A DNA stretch of 64,000 nt from Pocillopora damicornis (lineage: Eukaryota): positions 930,001 through 994,000 of the forward strand of contig NW_020846063.1 of the NCBI RefSeq assembly GCF_003704095.1. Direction: 5' to 3'. The notes under the pieces are model-generated. The model worked only from the letters and a program-made list of their open reading frames with translations. It was not told where the DNA came from and did not search any database. The position numbers and the translations under genes were made by a program. Below are positions 10,701-23,100 of this stretch, piece after piece. Position 1 is the stretch's first letter, and every line of letters begins with the position of its first letter.

Positions 10701-13700
10701 GATTGAAAGATTATTCCTTTGTGCCCGGCGTTCCTCTGTCGACACTGTAAGTCTCTGTAACTCGTGTGGCTTCTCCTCGGACACGGCTGTGGTTATTTTA
10801 AAGTAATATGTTGGTTTTTTTTTTGCGAACAGAAAATTACTCCTGTTTAAGCAATTATCCTTCTATGGAAAAAGTAGCAAGTTAACAACCTCTGCCCCGA
10901 TCGAAATTTTGGTTTCATGCAAATAAAAAAGGGAGTCATTTTTATTCGTTATGTTGCTGAACAACACCCATATTTTTTTATCAGATGATGACCACGTACA
11001 CATTTGATGTCGCCGCACGCTTAATCTGTCGGTTTCGGTAAACCTATTTTGTATATTTATTTCCATGCGCGAAAACAAACTTCTTTATCACCAACTATCC
11101 ATAGCTAAAAAATAATTTCTCCCTTACTTGGCGAGAGCAGATTCTCCATTCCCGAACAGTTCCTTTACATGAGTGTTGTGCGTTCCCATCAGTGCTGTGA
11201 ATGATACACAAAAAGTAGCTGGCAAGTTCACAACAACCAATCAGAAGAAGGAAAATAAAGCATCATGGGGAACCGGTGAGGACTCAAAATAGAAACAAGA
11301 AAACTGATTGAGGCACAAGAAAACGCGGAAGGCCAAGTTGCGATTGGTTTTCGTTTTGAATCTGATTGGTCGAGGAAGAGGCGTGGGTTTTCTGGACCAA
11401 TCACAGAGATGAGCAAAGCAAAACCAAAACAATCCCGCTTTGTTTCGACACTCAATTCCCAAAATGAAAATCAAGCCACGGCTCGAACCCAATTCTCGTT
11501 TCGATGGCCAGCGGTTTAACCACCATGCAACTCTGTTCCTCTTACTTTGCACTTTGAAAATAATCAAAGACCAAAATATTTATTATAATATACCTGACAG
11601 ATGAACAGGTTTTTTCTTTAAACTGCACTCCACCCCCACAACTCCTGGAACAAGGAGACCATTTTCCAAGCTTCTTTGCCTCGTCACGTAGCACACAGAA
11701 TCCAATCATACACCACTGGAGAAATTTCAGAAACAATTATCAAAAAAGGGGAAAAAAATTCCTGTTATGACTGGCTAGATTGAGTTTCTTTACCATACAT
11801 CTGTGTTTTTATCATACCATGCTGACTTCATGAACTTTTTCCATTATTTCTATTCTTTCTCTTTTTTCACTTGTTACATTTGAACGTAAAATTCCTCAAA
11901 AGGTATCAGTCAATCAATAAGCTGAACGAGAGTTCACGAGCTATATGTCATTCATCACAAACCACGTAGCTGTAGCATCTCTTTCTTTCCCATTTATCTT
12001 GTTCTCTTGTTGTTGCCTGGTTAAATGAAATAACACGGTCTTTACCTTATTGACTCCACAATCTGTGCCATCAGCGACTCTTGAATCAGCAGAGAGAACA
12101 GTTCCCTTACCATTGTCACACCACAGTGTTCCGCAGTCTTGCTGTTTTAACAAACATGTCATTAAAAGTTATGCCGACCACAGTTGATTCAAAGTCTACA
12201 TGCAATACTCAACGACTTAGCTGCCGCGCCTTCTCCTTTATTTTTTGTTACTCTTTCTGCAAAAGGATGCTAGTCAATGGCAGTTTACCCACCCCACCCT
12301 TCCTTCAAAGTTTCGTCAGGTTCCCACGACATGCAAATTCCCTCTACAAATTTATACTCCCGAATGGAAAAAGGTACTGCCAAAGTGACGGAGTGTCCTG
12401 TGCAGGAAATGCTACAAAGAGACCCAAGGGGGCTATATTCACGACCGTTTTCAATCCAGTGTAAAGGACGCTGAACCACGAATTCTCCTATAGAGAGCTT
12501 TATATTGCGATATAGATTGTAACTGTGGAGTGAAGTGGAGATCGCTCCTTGTCTCTCAAGGATGGTGGGCATTTTTACGTCAGATGTGAGGAATTAAGAT
12601 GAACAGGAAATTGCGGAACGATAACTCGAAAAAAAGGAAATATTCAGACTTGTTAACTTTTATCTGTTTCTTATACACTTTAGGGAAAAGAAGACTCGCA
12701 GGTTTCATTGGAACTAAGAGCCGTCATTCACACTCATTATCATTATACGTACCCTAAGTTTCTCCCTTGAAACATGCTTAAAATCCTCACTAAAAGCTTC
12801 TCTGCACTGTTGGTCTCCATTAATGATCTCGCCTGGTAGCTTACCTCTATTCCGTGGGGGTAGGGTTGGGGCATGTGTTAAAACTGGTGGGTCGTTAAGA
12901 CACCATGAAAGGTTACTGAAAGAGGAAGTTACACGCTAAACATAGCCTTAGAAATTTAGATCAAGTAGTTTAAATCGAACGATGTGACACCTGTATGACG
13001 GAAAGAAGAGAACTAGAGCGCGAGTTAACGAAGAAATAATTCCAGAACAGCGTTCCTTACGGTCGTTTTGAAATGGCCATTTTTTTTCTTAAATTGGAAA
13101 ATAAGAACTGAGAGGATGAGGATTAATCTTTCCTTGAACACTTAGTCAAGGTACACGTGAAATTCGTTACTCACCCTGAGTTCAAAAATGTTTGAATTCT
13201 TGTCCTGCTGCAAGGTGACCACATATAACTCGTAGGAGCTGTGTTTTTCTCTGATGACATGATATACTTGTAATTCGGACAATCAGCACCATCAGCCCTA
13301 TCATCGTCGTGATCTAATCCCATACTGTACATGAATTATAAAAGAAAGAAAACTCAAGAATGAGTATGTGTAAATTCACGTCCAGGTTCCCTATTTTGCC
13401 ACCCGGCCTCACCTTATAGACAACAAAGAAGATTCTCCGAACAAAGGTCTTCTGTTGCCATGCAAATAAATAGTTGTTCCCTTAAAATGAGACCTTCATG
13501 GTAAGTCTCATAAAGTACACGAACTAAAGTATATCACATTTTCAGATGCGTCAAAACGTTAGCACATTCCTGCCGCATTTCCTGTGTTCCCTGTCTCATT
13601 CGCTGCCGTTGTAGGGGAAGGGGGTGGGGAGAGAGGATTGCCTGACAAGACCAAACAACGGTTGCTAAGGAAACTCGGGGTGTTGCATATTAAGCCTGAT

Positions 13701-16700
13701 ATCTTCCACGTTGTCAGCAAGCAAATTTGCATACTGCATTTAGTCTTTCAACAAACATATTCCCAAAAAAATAAGCTGCGAATTTTCCTTTCTGATAGAA
13801 AGAAAAAAAGAAGAAGAAACTGGCGCAATGCTCACTTGTGTCCAATTCCATGCGCGATGTACCAAGCAGTTCCCAGTCCAATATCAGTGACAGCAGACGC
13901 AGTCACCTGACGACACATAGTGTTCGCACTACTCTTGACTGTAAGAAGAAATTCAAAAAGTAAAAACTAAAGATAGATTTCTTCTAAATGCTATAAGATA
14001 AAACATTCAAATGAGGAATATTGTAACGTACCCGCTCTATCAGGTCCGCTAGTAAAAGCAAAAAAGATATACTGGTTAGAAGTATTAAAATTAAAACGGG
14101 AGAATTGCGTCTCTTGTGGTATTGGTTGTTAGGGCGTCACTCGACATTTTTTTAAGGTTTCCCTGACAATGACCTTGAACCCATTTATACTCCTGGGTGG
14201 GATTACAGCGCCTCGACCCTGGGTGGGTAGAGGAATTGTGAGAGTAAAATGTCTTAACCAGAAACACAACACAGTTATCTGCCTTGAAAATAATCAGACC
14301 ACTATCTTATACACATCCTCAAGTTACTGGGGCTTAAACCCCCCCTCTCATTAACTTTTCTAAAGCGTTCAGATAGTTATCAGGGCACTATAGTAGCGCA
14401 GCACGAAAAAGAAGAGAGAGGCTCAGGACCCATGCACGCTTCAACCCGCATCTTTTTATTCTCCGAGCATCTATTTCGTTCCGTTTACAGGTATTGATAG
14501 AACGCTACAGGCTACAGGCTACCTTCTTTTCATCAGGCCGGTCGAGTGGCACATGGCAATACATCCTTGAAAAAAATTAAAGGAAAGAATGACTAATTGT
14601 ATTTACTTTGAAATGAAGGTGACCGCATCAAAAGGACGCTGTCTTCCATACTGCGTCCTCATCCATTTGATCACTCGCACCAGCTTCAATTGGTTAGAAT
14701 CAGAACTCTGGATTCCCAGCTAAGAGAATAAAATCGTTATAATAATGAGAGTCAAAATGTCAACTTTTCCAAAATGAGAACTAATTTTGGTTCGTGTGGG
14801 GTTCTGAATGATCAAGTAATCCTGTATTAGAAGGGCAAGTTTATCCCTCAAGCCTTGCGCTAACTCGAACCAAACTGAATTTCACCTAGATATCCGTCAT
14901 GCAATAACTTGACGTGGGTAGTGAACAAAAAGAACGATCACCTCTGTCAATGAATCGTAAAAATCATTTGTTTTTCCTTACCTCTTGGGGTCGCAAGACC
15001 AAAATCCTGTTGATGCTGTATCTTATTTTTGTGGCTCCAATGGATTCATCCTGAAACAAACCTGCAACCTAAGGAACAGCAAGATTTAACCAAGATATTT
15101 GAAGTGGAAGCGCAACGCGGAACACTTACGTCACATGTGACTCGCACGTGAGTCGCACGTGTATCATAGCGGGCAGGCCCTCTCGGATACTTACAATATT
15201 AGCCATGACAAGGAGCCTTTGAACAGTCCCATTGTAACCGTATTTGTTCTCCATGTCGGTCAGAACAACCAATGCAGCTTCTAAATATTTTTTCACGCCA
15301 CTGTCCAAGGATCGTCTCTGCCTGAGTCTAGGCATCACAGAAATCTTGATCACCAGATGCGGTAACGTTTCGAAATTGTCAGTCACGTGTCTGGCCAGTC
15401 GGGCGGGAAGAGGACGGATAAGAAGAGTATCACGTGATGTCCGTACGATACCAGTCTGGTGAGGAGGGTACAGATAATTATAGTTTAAGCTACCAATGTT
15501 CCTTGACTGGCTTATCAAAATCACAGTTTACACTTAAGACTTAACCAGGAGTTAACTCAAAGAAAGAAGAATTAGAACCTTTATAAGACGGAACTGAAAG
15601 ATGGAAGAAGAGCATTTGAACCACCCTACTGCCCCTATTTTGTGTGTGAAAATTCACCTCTTTAACTGGGTAGGGAGCTGCTTTTATGTGCGAGATGTAT
15701 GCCACTTCTCCCTGAAAACCAAACCCTACTCAACCACTCCTCGTCAATGTAATCTTAAAAGAATTTTGTTTACCAGTCCTCCCAATTCGCTGACGGCCAC
15801 CACAGAGCCCGGATCCGAAGAAACATGTCCTAGGTAAAAAGTATTTTCTGGTACAGGACGTGAAGTCATCGTTCCATCGGCGTTTTGAGTCTTGACAGTG
15901 AGCCCATGATTCATCAGTATACCATTTCGTGTTAATGTCACATGAAGCTCCTGGCCGAACGCGGCCAATTTGTAGTGCGTGACCTCGGATTCACCTACAC
16001 TTCTTCGGTGTCGCGATTGGCCGAGGGACAAAGAGACGAATTTACCACTTTCTTTTGAATGGTATGGAATAATTACGTCGTATTCTGGAACTAGAATGTT
16101 ATAAAACAAGAGAAAATGATAAAAAATAAACACTCGGTCTTAATTTTGCCGCATTTACGTAAGATTCATTTGCTGTATATTCTCCACTCACCTTCGTTGT
16201 GTTCTGATACGCCAAAATATTCCATCATTTCTTTCCTCGTCATAATGCGGTGTAAATTCTTTAAAGTGAAGATTAAAAATACTTTTTCTGATGGAGTTTC
16301 TTTGCACTTCAAACAATACATACATGATCCAAACGTTTGGGATATCCCTCCCCCCACGCCCCTTCTTTGGTGCTGTGGAGGCCCGGCCATTCACGAACAA
16401 GCTCCCCATTTGTGAGCTCCAGCGAAGAACTCTTACCGTCCATTACAAGGATACAAGGAGAAGAAATTCAAGACACGAAACTTTCCCATTATGGTCGTAT
16501 ATTGTTCGTTTGATTGCCTGCGGCACTGCTTATTGTTTTGTTTATTCTGTTCATCTGTTTTTTAGAGTTTATTCTTGTTTATTTGCTTGTTTTAGATAAC
16601 CACATATGCACATACCTTTGTCGGCGGTCCATGAGCAGAACCTAGGGATAGATAACCAGTGCTGCTGCTAAACGATGAGGTTTTAGATATATGAAACATG

Positions 16701-17062
16701 AATCGTATCGAAGTCCAATGGCATCATATGATATCAAAGAATATTTTGAATGGCGGTTAGAACCGGCTCCACTTATATCCCAGCCTAGGTCTGATATTGC
16801 AAACTTCTGCCACCCTGCTTTAGATATATTGGTTATTCTGTAGCCTCGTTTGAAGCTGACAATACTGAACCGAGTCTTTCAACCCTTGCAGTTCGATTTT
16901 TCGTGACGCCAAAGGCAAACGCAAGCATAACCTTGCACGTTACGCTGACTACACTAACTACTGACCAACCAAGACATTCTGTTTCAAGGTGATATCGTTC
17001 AACATACCTCCAGTTGATAACAGAACAGCAAACCACAAACAGACCAACATGGCAGTTTTCAT
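7769..17062 (-). CDS. ADAMTS-like protein (signal peptide, prodomain, M12B domain with HGIGHxxGxxH, disintegrin-like, TSR, Cys-rich, spacer, TSR); probably catalytically inactive
   Basis: Exons include 17008-17062 (MKTAMLVCLWFAVLLSTG), 16616-16641, ~16192-16258, 15774-16090 (VPEY...), ~15195-15455 (furin site RQRR), ~14982-15068, 14607-14719, 14032-14048, 13836-13938, 13175-13324 (Met-turn YIMS, WSPCS), ~12753-12915, ~12046-12142, ~11594-11716 (WSPCSRSCGGG), ~11129-11192, ~10699-10786, ~10251-10366, ~9801-9924, ~9509-9597, ~8857-9026, 8248-8395, 7769-7899 (ends ...CNAQACIEK*). Confidence 0.88.
8539..8753. mobile_element. Small non-autonomous DNA-transposon-like element with imperfect TIRs
   Basis: Left end CGAGGGCGTAGC; right end reverse-complements to CAGGGGTGTAGC. 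The 5-bp direct repeat TCAAT lies on both sides (8534-8538, 8754-8758). Located in an ADAMTS intron. Confidence 0.5.
10620..10653 (-). ncRNA. Minimal type-I hammerhead ribozyme motif within a dispersed repeat (10570-10655)
   Basis: Minus strand reads GCT CTGACGA A GGGC AAAC GCTC GAAAC GTC AGC. This gives stem I GCT/AGC, core CUGANGA plus one extra A, stem II GGGC/GCUC, GAAA, loop-less palindromic stem III (ACGT) and a GUC cleavage triplet. Confidence 0.65.
11228..11460. repeat. Dispersed repeat with multiple CCAATCA/ATTGG boxes
   Basis: Related to 63000-63135, e.g. TTTTCTGGACCAATCACAGAG vs TTTTTCAGACCAATCACAAAG, each followed by AAAACCAAAA. Confidence 0.55.
12290..12480 (-). mobile_element. 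Degenerate SINE-like fragment
   Basis: Similar to 14140-14280 (AGGTT-CCC-GACA...ATTTATACTCC...AAAGTG..GAGTGTC). Confidence 0.35.
14140..14280 (-). mobile_element. tRNA-derived SINE-like fragment
   Basis: CCCATTTATACTCCTGGGTGG...GTGAGAGTAAAATGTCTTAACCAGAAACACAACAC resembles, from memory, the reverse of invertebrate tRNA-SINE bodies. A second degenerate copy lies at 12.3 kb. Confidence 0.45.
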
Positions 17063-20000
17063 GCTGCAAAACAGAAATGAGAGTGCCTACCTATCAAGTA
17101 TCTTACTTTGATACTCACGGAATCTTAGATTTCAGCCATTTTCTCTAGAGAGATAGTAAGTAACGTTTTGATATCAGCGTTTCACGATTATAAAGAATAA
17201 ATCAGCTGCTCTCTTCTTGTGTCGTATACGATCATGGTATTTGTGACTTTCATATTAGAAATGGATTATCAAGATGGTGCCTGAAACGGTGACGAATTGT
17301 CTTTGAGAGAGAGAAAACGAGTAGGGAAAGCCACCGTTTCCCGTTTTTCTATGTCTGAGAATTCTGCACTAATCGTTCTTTTTATGTCCATTACTTGTCA
17401 TAAACGGTGTCGAAGTGTTCATGACCTAAACAGCCACGTATCGTAATCAATCGCCGGGCCATTGTTCAACAGAAAACCTATGATAGTCGACTGCTACATT
17501 ATACCGCTGTGAACTTCTCATACAGCTGATGGATACATACCTCAGAAGAGCTACCAAGTGCAAGTAAAAATGTTATGGATCCTAAACGGATGGATAGGAG
17601 AGTTTTAACGACACCACCGAGTTTTTGCTTACGAGCTTATTTTGATGCTAGTTTACTGAACACGTATTTACGTGTATTAGCCGGAGACAATCGATCAGTC
17701 AATCATTAGTACATTACGGTACAGTCCGGTAGCACAGGGAGCGAGCCTTTGCAACAGTGGGCGTTCTGGCAGCAATCATGGCAGAATTAAGACAGTTTTA
17801 TACTCAAATGAACTAAAAAACGGTTTTAATAAAAGTTTATTATCGTCGAACAGAGGCCAATTGCTTTGTTGTCTAAATTTAGTTACCGGCAGTCATCAAA
17901 CTGATGATTACAGTTACTGTAGTAATGCATTTTCTTGACTGTATCATAAGTGACACGAAACAGATGCAGAGAAAGACATGCATTGGATGTCACACAGGAT
18001 GGTGAAGACGCTAAACACGCTCCTAAGGACGAAACAAGGAGAATGTGTTTAACAACCAAGGGCTTTTTCACTTGCTGGTCATTTCCTTCATTCTCATGAC
18101 CTTAATGTTGGAATTTGGGATAATATTGTAAGGAGAGACTGGATGCTAGTCACTATTAGAGTTAAAAACGAGGTTAATTTACCTCCTTTGCAGTTACTTG
18201 GGGTGCGTTTGTCGCCTAAATAAGGGCTACATGCAGTACGGTTAAGCCGAAGATTCCTTAATGTGTAAAGCGCAGGGGTGATTATGCATCTCATTACTAA
18301 CTCGTCACCCTTATGGGTAAATTACCGCTATTAAACAGTCTTTTAATATCAGGATAATTTCATTCTATATTTCTTTTCTAAAAAATCAAGAAATTTCAAC
18401 GCAAAACCCTCGCCTGGATCAATCTATTATCAGTGGACAACTATCTACACAAAAAGAGAACACTGTTCTGGTGTAATAATGTGTGTATATAAATCGTGCA
18501 TTTTTTCATCTATTTAAGCACAATCTTAGTTAGAAGGAACCTTTAATACTCCATTTCCAGTAATAAACACCAAAAACGCCGAATAACTCAAAAGACATAG
18601 ATTGACATAGATTGAAAGAGGCAAACTTGAAAATTTGGCACATTTTTTAAACTGTGTTGGCCACGATGTAGCTCCTCGAAATAAACCTGATCAAGGTTTA
18701 CAGCTCAGTCAAAGCCAACTTAACAAACGCGATATCAGCATCGTGTTGAAAATAGTCACAGATTCCAAATTTGATTATCTTAGACCAAGGCAAGAGCACG
18801 GTCTCAGCTGGTGTGAAGAGATAAAGAACAGACTAGTAAATGTCTAAACGATCTCAGCACCTCCTACAATAACTGTTCATAGCTGTAGAACTGTGTTCTT
18901 AAGAAAAGACGAGTTAGGATCTACCCCTTTGAACCATACATTTACTCATGAAATAACTCTCTGCGATTTACAAGAGGAAGATAGTGAAACACTTTTACCT
19001 CTACCTAGAGTGCCAACACAAGTTTAAGAATTAAGATCTGAAAGACACCCTTCATACAATGTATGAATACAGGTAATTTATGGAACGACGAGAGGATCAA
19101 GCTCAGAGAAAGAACTGAAGGAAATACAAGTACCTCGCGTGTCACTTAATCGTTTTGGTGGAGAACAAGTAGGGGGCCTCAAGAAACCGCGACAAATAAA
19201 TCCCCGAGGGATCTCCGAAAACAGGAGTAACCTACAAATAACAACACATGGAAGTGTTCACATTTGAAATGAGGAATTCAGTCTCTAAGCTTCACTCTCT
19301 CTTGTTGTATCCTTCAACTCTCAGAGATTTTTGACATATAACTTTTCCTCAAAATATTTATACGTTATCCTCTAAATATGTGTGAGAATAACAAACCGTA
19401 TCACTTAATGGGTGTCATTTTCATAAAACACCAAACTGTCTTAACTGAAGCAGCAGGAGATGTCTAGCAACTAAACGCGAGAATTGAAAATTAATTTTCT
19501 TCAGTTACAAAGAAAAGCGCCATACTGTGTATTGGTATAAATCTACTAGCGTTCCATCAGGAAAACAAAAATCTGATTTGCTTTGCTACTCGCTCATTAT
19601 TCCGTTTATATTTAAACAGTTGGAAAAGTGAGTAGCCTCGCAGTGTATGGTTGTAAACAAAATCAAATAAAACATGAGCCTGTCCTGTTGTTTTGAATAA
19701 CTTGAAGATTTATGCTCAAACAAGTAAATCATTTTCCCTCGCTTTGTATGCGTGATCATTTATTCTTGCTTCGTCCTCAACAGCCATCACGCGATAGAAA
19801 TCTCGAGCTCATAACATAACTGGGCTCCACTCATTAATGACAACTTTCTTTCTTACTTGTTTGTCTCAAAGAACTTTCCGCCCCCCTAGAAGTATTCTCA
19901 GATCAATTATTTCTAAGCATGATACATATCCCCCCAAAATAAGCACTGTTTCCCTGGTCTACACTCCTAACGGTTTTGTCAAGAGCTGTATGATGTACTG

Positions 20001-20100
20001 TAGCTGTTTCATTCTAGACATCGTGAAGATCGCTGGTGTTAAAAACATACTTGATATTGGATACAAAATAAGATTTACACTAATTTCCACACTGGGGTGA

Positions 20101-23100
20101 TTACAGTTCCTTGATCTGTTTGATTAGATAGATTTTTTCATCATTGAACTGCTCATCCTCTGCAAGAAACAAAAATCAAAACTCCATCAAGAAATGCATA
20201 GAGAAACGATCTAAGGTCTTAAATCTATCAGGTCATTTCAAGATGAAAGGCATTTTTACAGTAAAAAAAAAAAAACCTGCCAAAGTACTAAAGCTTCTAC
20301 AATTTTTCATTACAATTTATCTTTACAACGAGATCCTCATTTAAAAAATCAATACTGAATTCAAGGTTCAAGATTCTGAGTTGCAAATGAGTCAAGGAAA
20401 CTAGACTTTCTGACTAGTCAGTAAGATTTTCAACATTTCATGATCCCATGACAGTTAATTACCACATTACCTGTTCTGTCATTGTGAAAACTAGTTAGGA
20501 ACTCGACAAGTTTGTCTTTGTTCTTAACAAGAATTTCCTGGATTGGCGGGGTTTTATTAGGATTTGCAACAAATACCTGTGGAAAGAATAACATAACAAC
20601 TGAAATCTATGGAATTGAAAAAATACTCCTTAGTCATTTAATACAAAGAAAAACACAGTCACCTAAAGCCAAAAAAACAGAAACAAACAATGAAAAAAAA
20701 AACCCAAAACAAAACAGGAAAAGCTGACTGTACAGTTTAATGGTTGATGCGCTGGGCTCGATGGAGAAGTTTGTGTTTTTAACCCTTTCCACCCTAACAT
20801 CAGTATACATATTCTCCATACTGCTCTCTGTAAATTTACTAAGGTGCTGACAAGGAGAATTTATCTAACAATCAAGAGTTTCTTGAGTTAGTGTTCGTTA
20901 AAGGGTTAAACCTAGTCAGGTTCATTGTGATGAATTCTTGGCAAAATATGCGACTCACACAACAAGGTTGTTGATAGGTTTGAAAATAGAAGGCAAATAA
21001 GGTTTCCAGATTATCATGGTTGCTGATTACTTTTGTCAGATCAAACACAAGAGTGGGAACCATTCAATAGTGCTGTTAACTGTTCTGTCCCAGGCATACA
21101 AGTGAGTATGGAAACTCAGCCTACACAACTGAACCTGTTGCTGACAAATTATGCTGATCCAATTCCACCCAGAATAGAGAAATGGCTGCTATGTAAATTT
21201 CTTTGATGGTATATTAATCACTGTACATTTTTCATTGGCACTTAAAGCAACAATGCTGAGAGAAGCCATCGAAAGATGACAGATTAACTGCAATTTTGGC
21301 TGGCTATCCTCTCTTAGTAACAGCTCTGCCGAGAGGGAAGTTGCCATGGAGTAACAACCCAAACAAGATCAGACCTTACCTTGAATACATGGAATGCTTC
21401 AAACTGAATGTTTCTGCTCTTGTCTCTCAGCATGTTCATCATCAGCTTCAGATTCTCAGGATTACTTATGTACTTTGTCATCACAGTAAAGTTATGCCGA
21501 TCCAATAACAGCTCACCAAGAAGCTATTGCATGGAAAAAAATTCAGCTAACTGCAAATGTTGTTACTGTAAAATGGTCAGAAAACTGTGACCATAGGAAA
21601 TATAATTATTTATTTTCTTGACTTTTTCCACTGAGAAATATCTCATTATTCTATAGAATGTCTTTGTGTTTCTAAGGAAAATGAAACCAAAAGCAACAGC
21701 ATTAAGTACTCAGCATTATTTTTTGGTTTCATGCATGTCCTGGACCTACTGGCAACAGGTCAGTCCATAACTAACTTGTCACAACCAAAGCAAGGCCTGA
21801 ATGGGTTTGTGAGTCTCTCAGTTACAAGAGCAGAATAAGAAGTTACTCAAAGTAACATCTATCAATAAACTTACTACCCCAATACATGGTATTTGTCAAG
21901 TGAAGTCAAACTTCATATCAGGTAATATTTGAAATTGGATAAAATAAAAACAATCCAACAGAGTTTAAGTCAAAATTATAGCTGCAGTAAACATTACATA
22001 ATTATTAGAGCTGCATGCATCTATACTTAAAATAAATGTTAAATACTCAGCTAAAATGAACTGAAATCTACTTAGTTACCTTTAGTGACTGTCTTTTTGT
22101 TACATAATTATCCGAGTTCAGTAACTTGGAATAATGTTCAAAAAACTTTGGGAAAGAAAAAAACAAACAGCAAATTTATTGGGCTAACAGGCACAACAAT
22201 CACATAAAAAATGTATGGAAAAGCACACAAAAAGCATCAAACAGCAAAAGACAATTAGACAAACTCCTGGCTAACACCACAAAACTTACAAATCAAATCC
22301 CCGCCATTAATTACTTCTATAGTAAAAACTATGCCTAAAAATAACTTTAAAAAAAGAGTTTGCATGACATCAGAAGTAAAAGCAAGTCCTGGTCTTCATT
22401 TGCATGCAAATGCAAACCATTGACTGAAATGTAATGTATCACAGTTTCTTCTCCATAGTTTAATAAGGTATGTATTGAATACTTTCTAAGTATGTACTGC
22501 ACTGTTAGTTAAGTAAAGAAGTAGGTGCACATGAAAATATTGTTAATGTAAGCTCTGTAAGAATGGTACTGTACGAAAAATGAAAGAAATGAAAAATTGA
22601 AATAAAACAGAGCAGTATACATGAATTCTTGTTACCCTTTCGTAATTTTTCTCTAGAAACTCTGCACATGCAATCTTGTGCCTAGTAAGGAGATCCTACA
22701 GATGTGACAAAATAGAGAGACAGAAATTAAGGAACAAATTATCATAATTTTCATTTGACACTTAATTCCCATGAGGGGCCAAGACAGAATTTCTCCTTAC
22801 AATACAAATACAATATTAAGTAGAAAAGTGACGAGACTAAAGAAATATTAAATATGGGATTATAAGGAGATCCAGATTCTCCAAACTAACATCAAGAGAA
22901 TTACATGGCAGACAGTAAGGAGAATTGTTAAGTAGATCTTGGGAGTGAGAGGTTCAAGTAGTCATCACAGAGAGACTGCAGTATTAAACATATTTTACGA
23001 CTTATCTTTCTACACCCTTTCCTGAGCTTTGATATGAAGCAACAAAAGGGACAAACTTACAAGAAATGACATAAGATTAATTAAATTAAAAAGAACAATT

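Noticed and set aside
14523-14565. Extra 43-nt ADAMTS exon (KMYCHVPLDRPDEKK)
   Set aside because: It has AG/GT borders but breaks frame with the downstream exons, with or without the 17-nt microexon, and the donor is weak.
18600-19260. Possible decayed coding or transposon sequence
   Set aside because: It is purine-rich and ORF-like in patches, but I could not recognise any protein motif. A translated search is needed.
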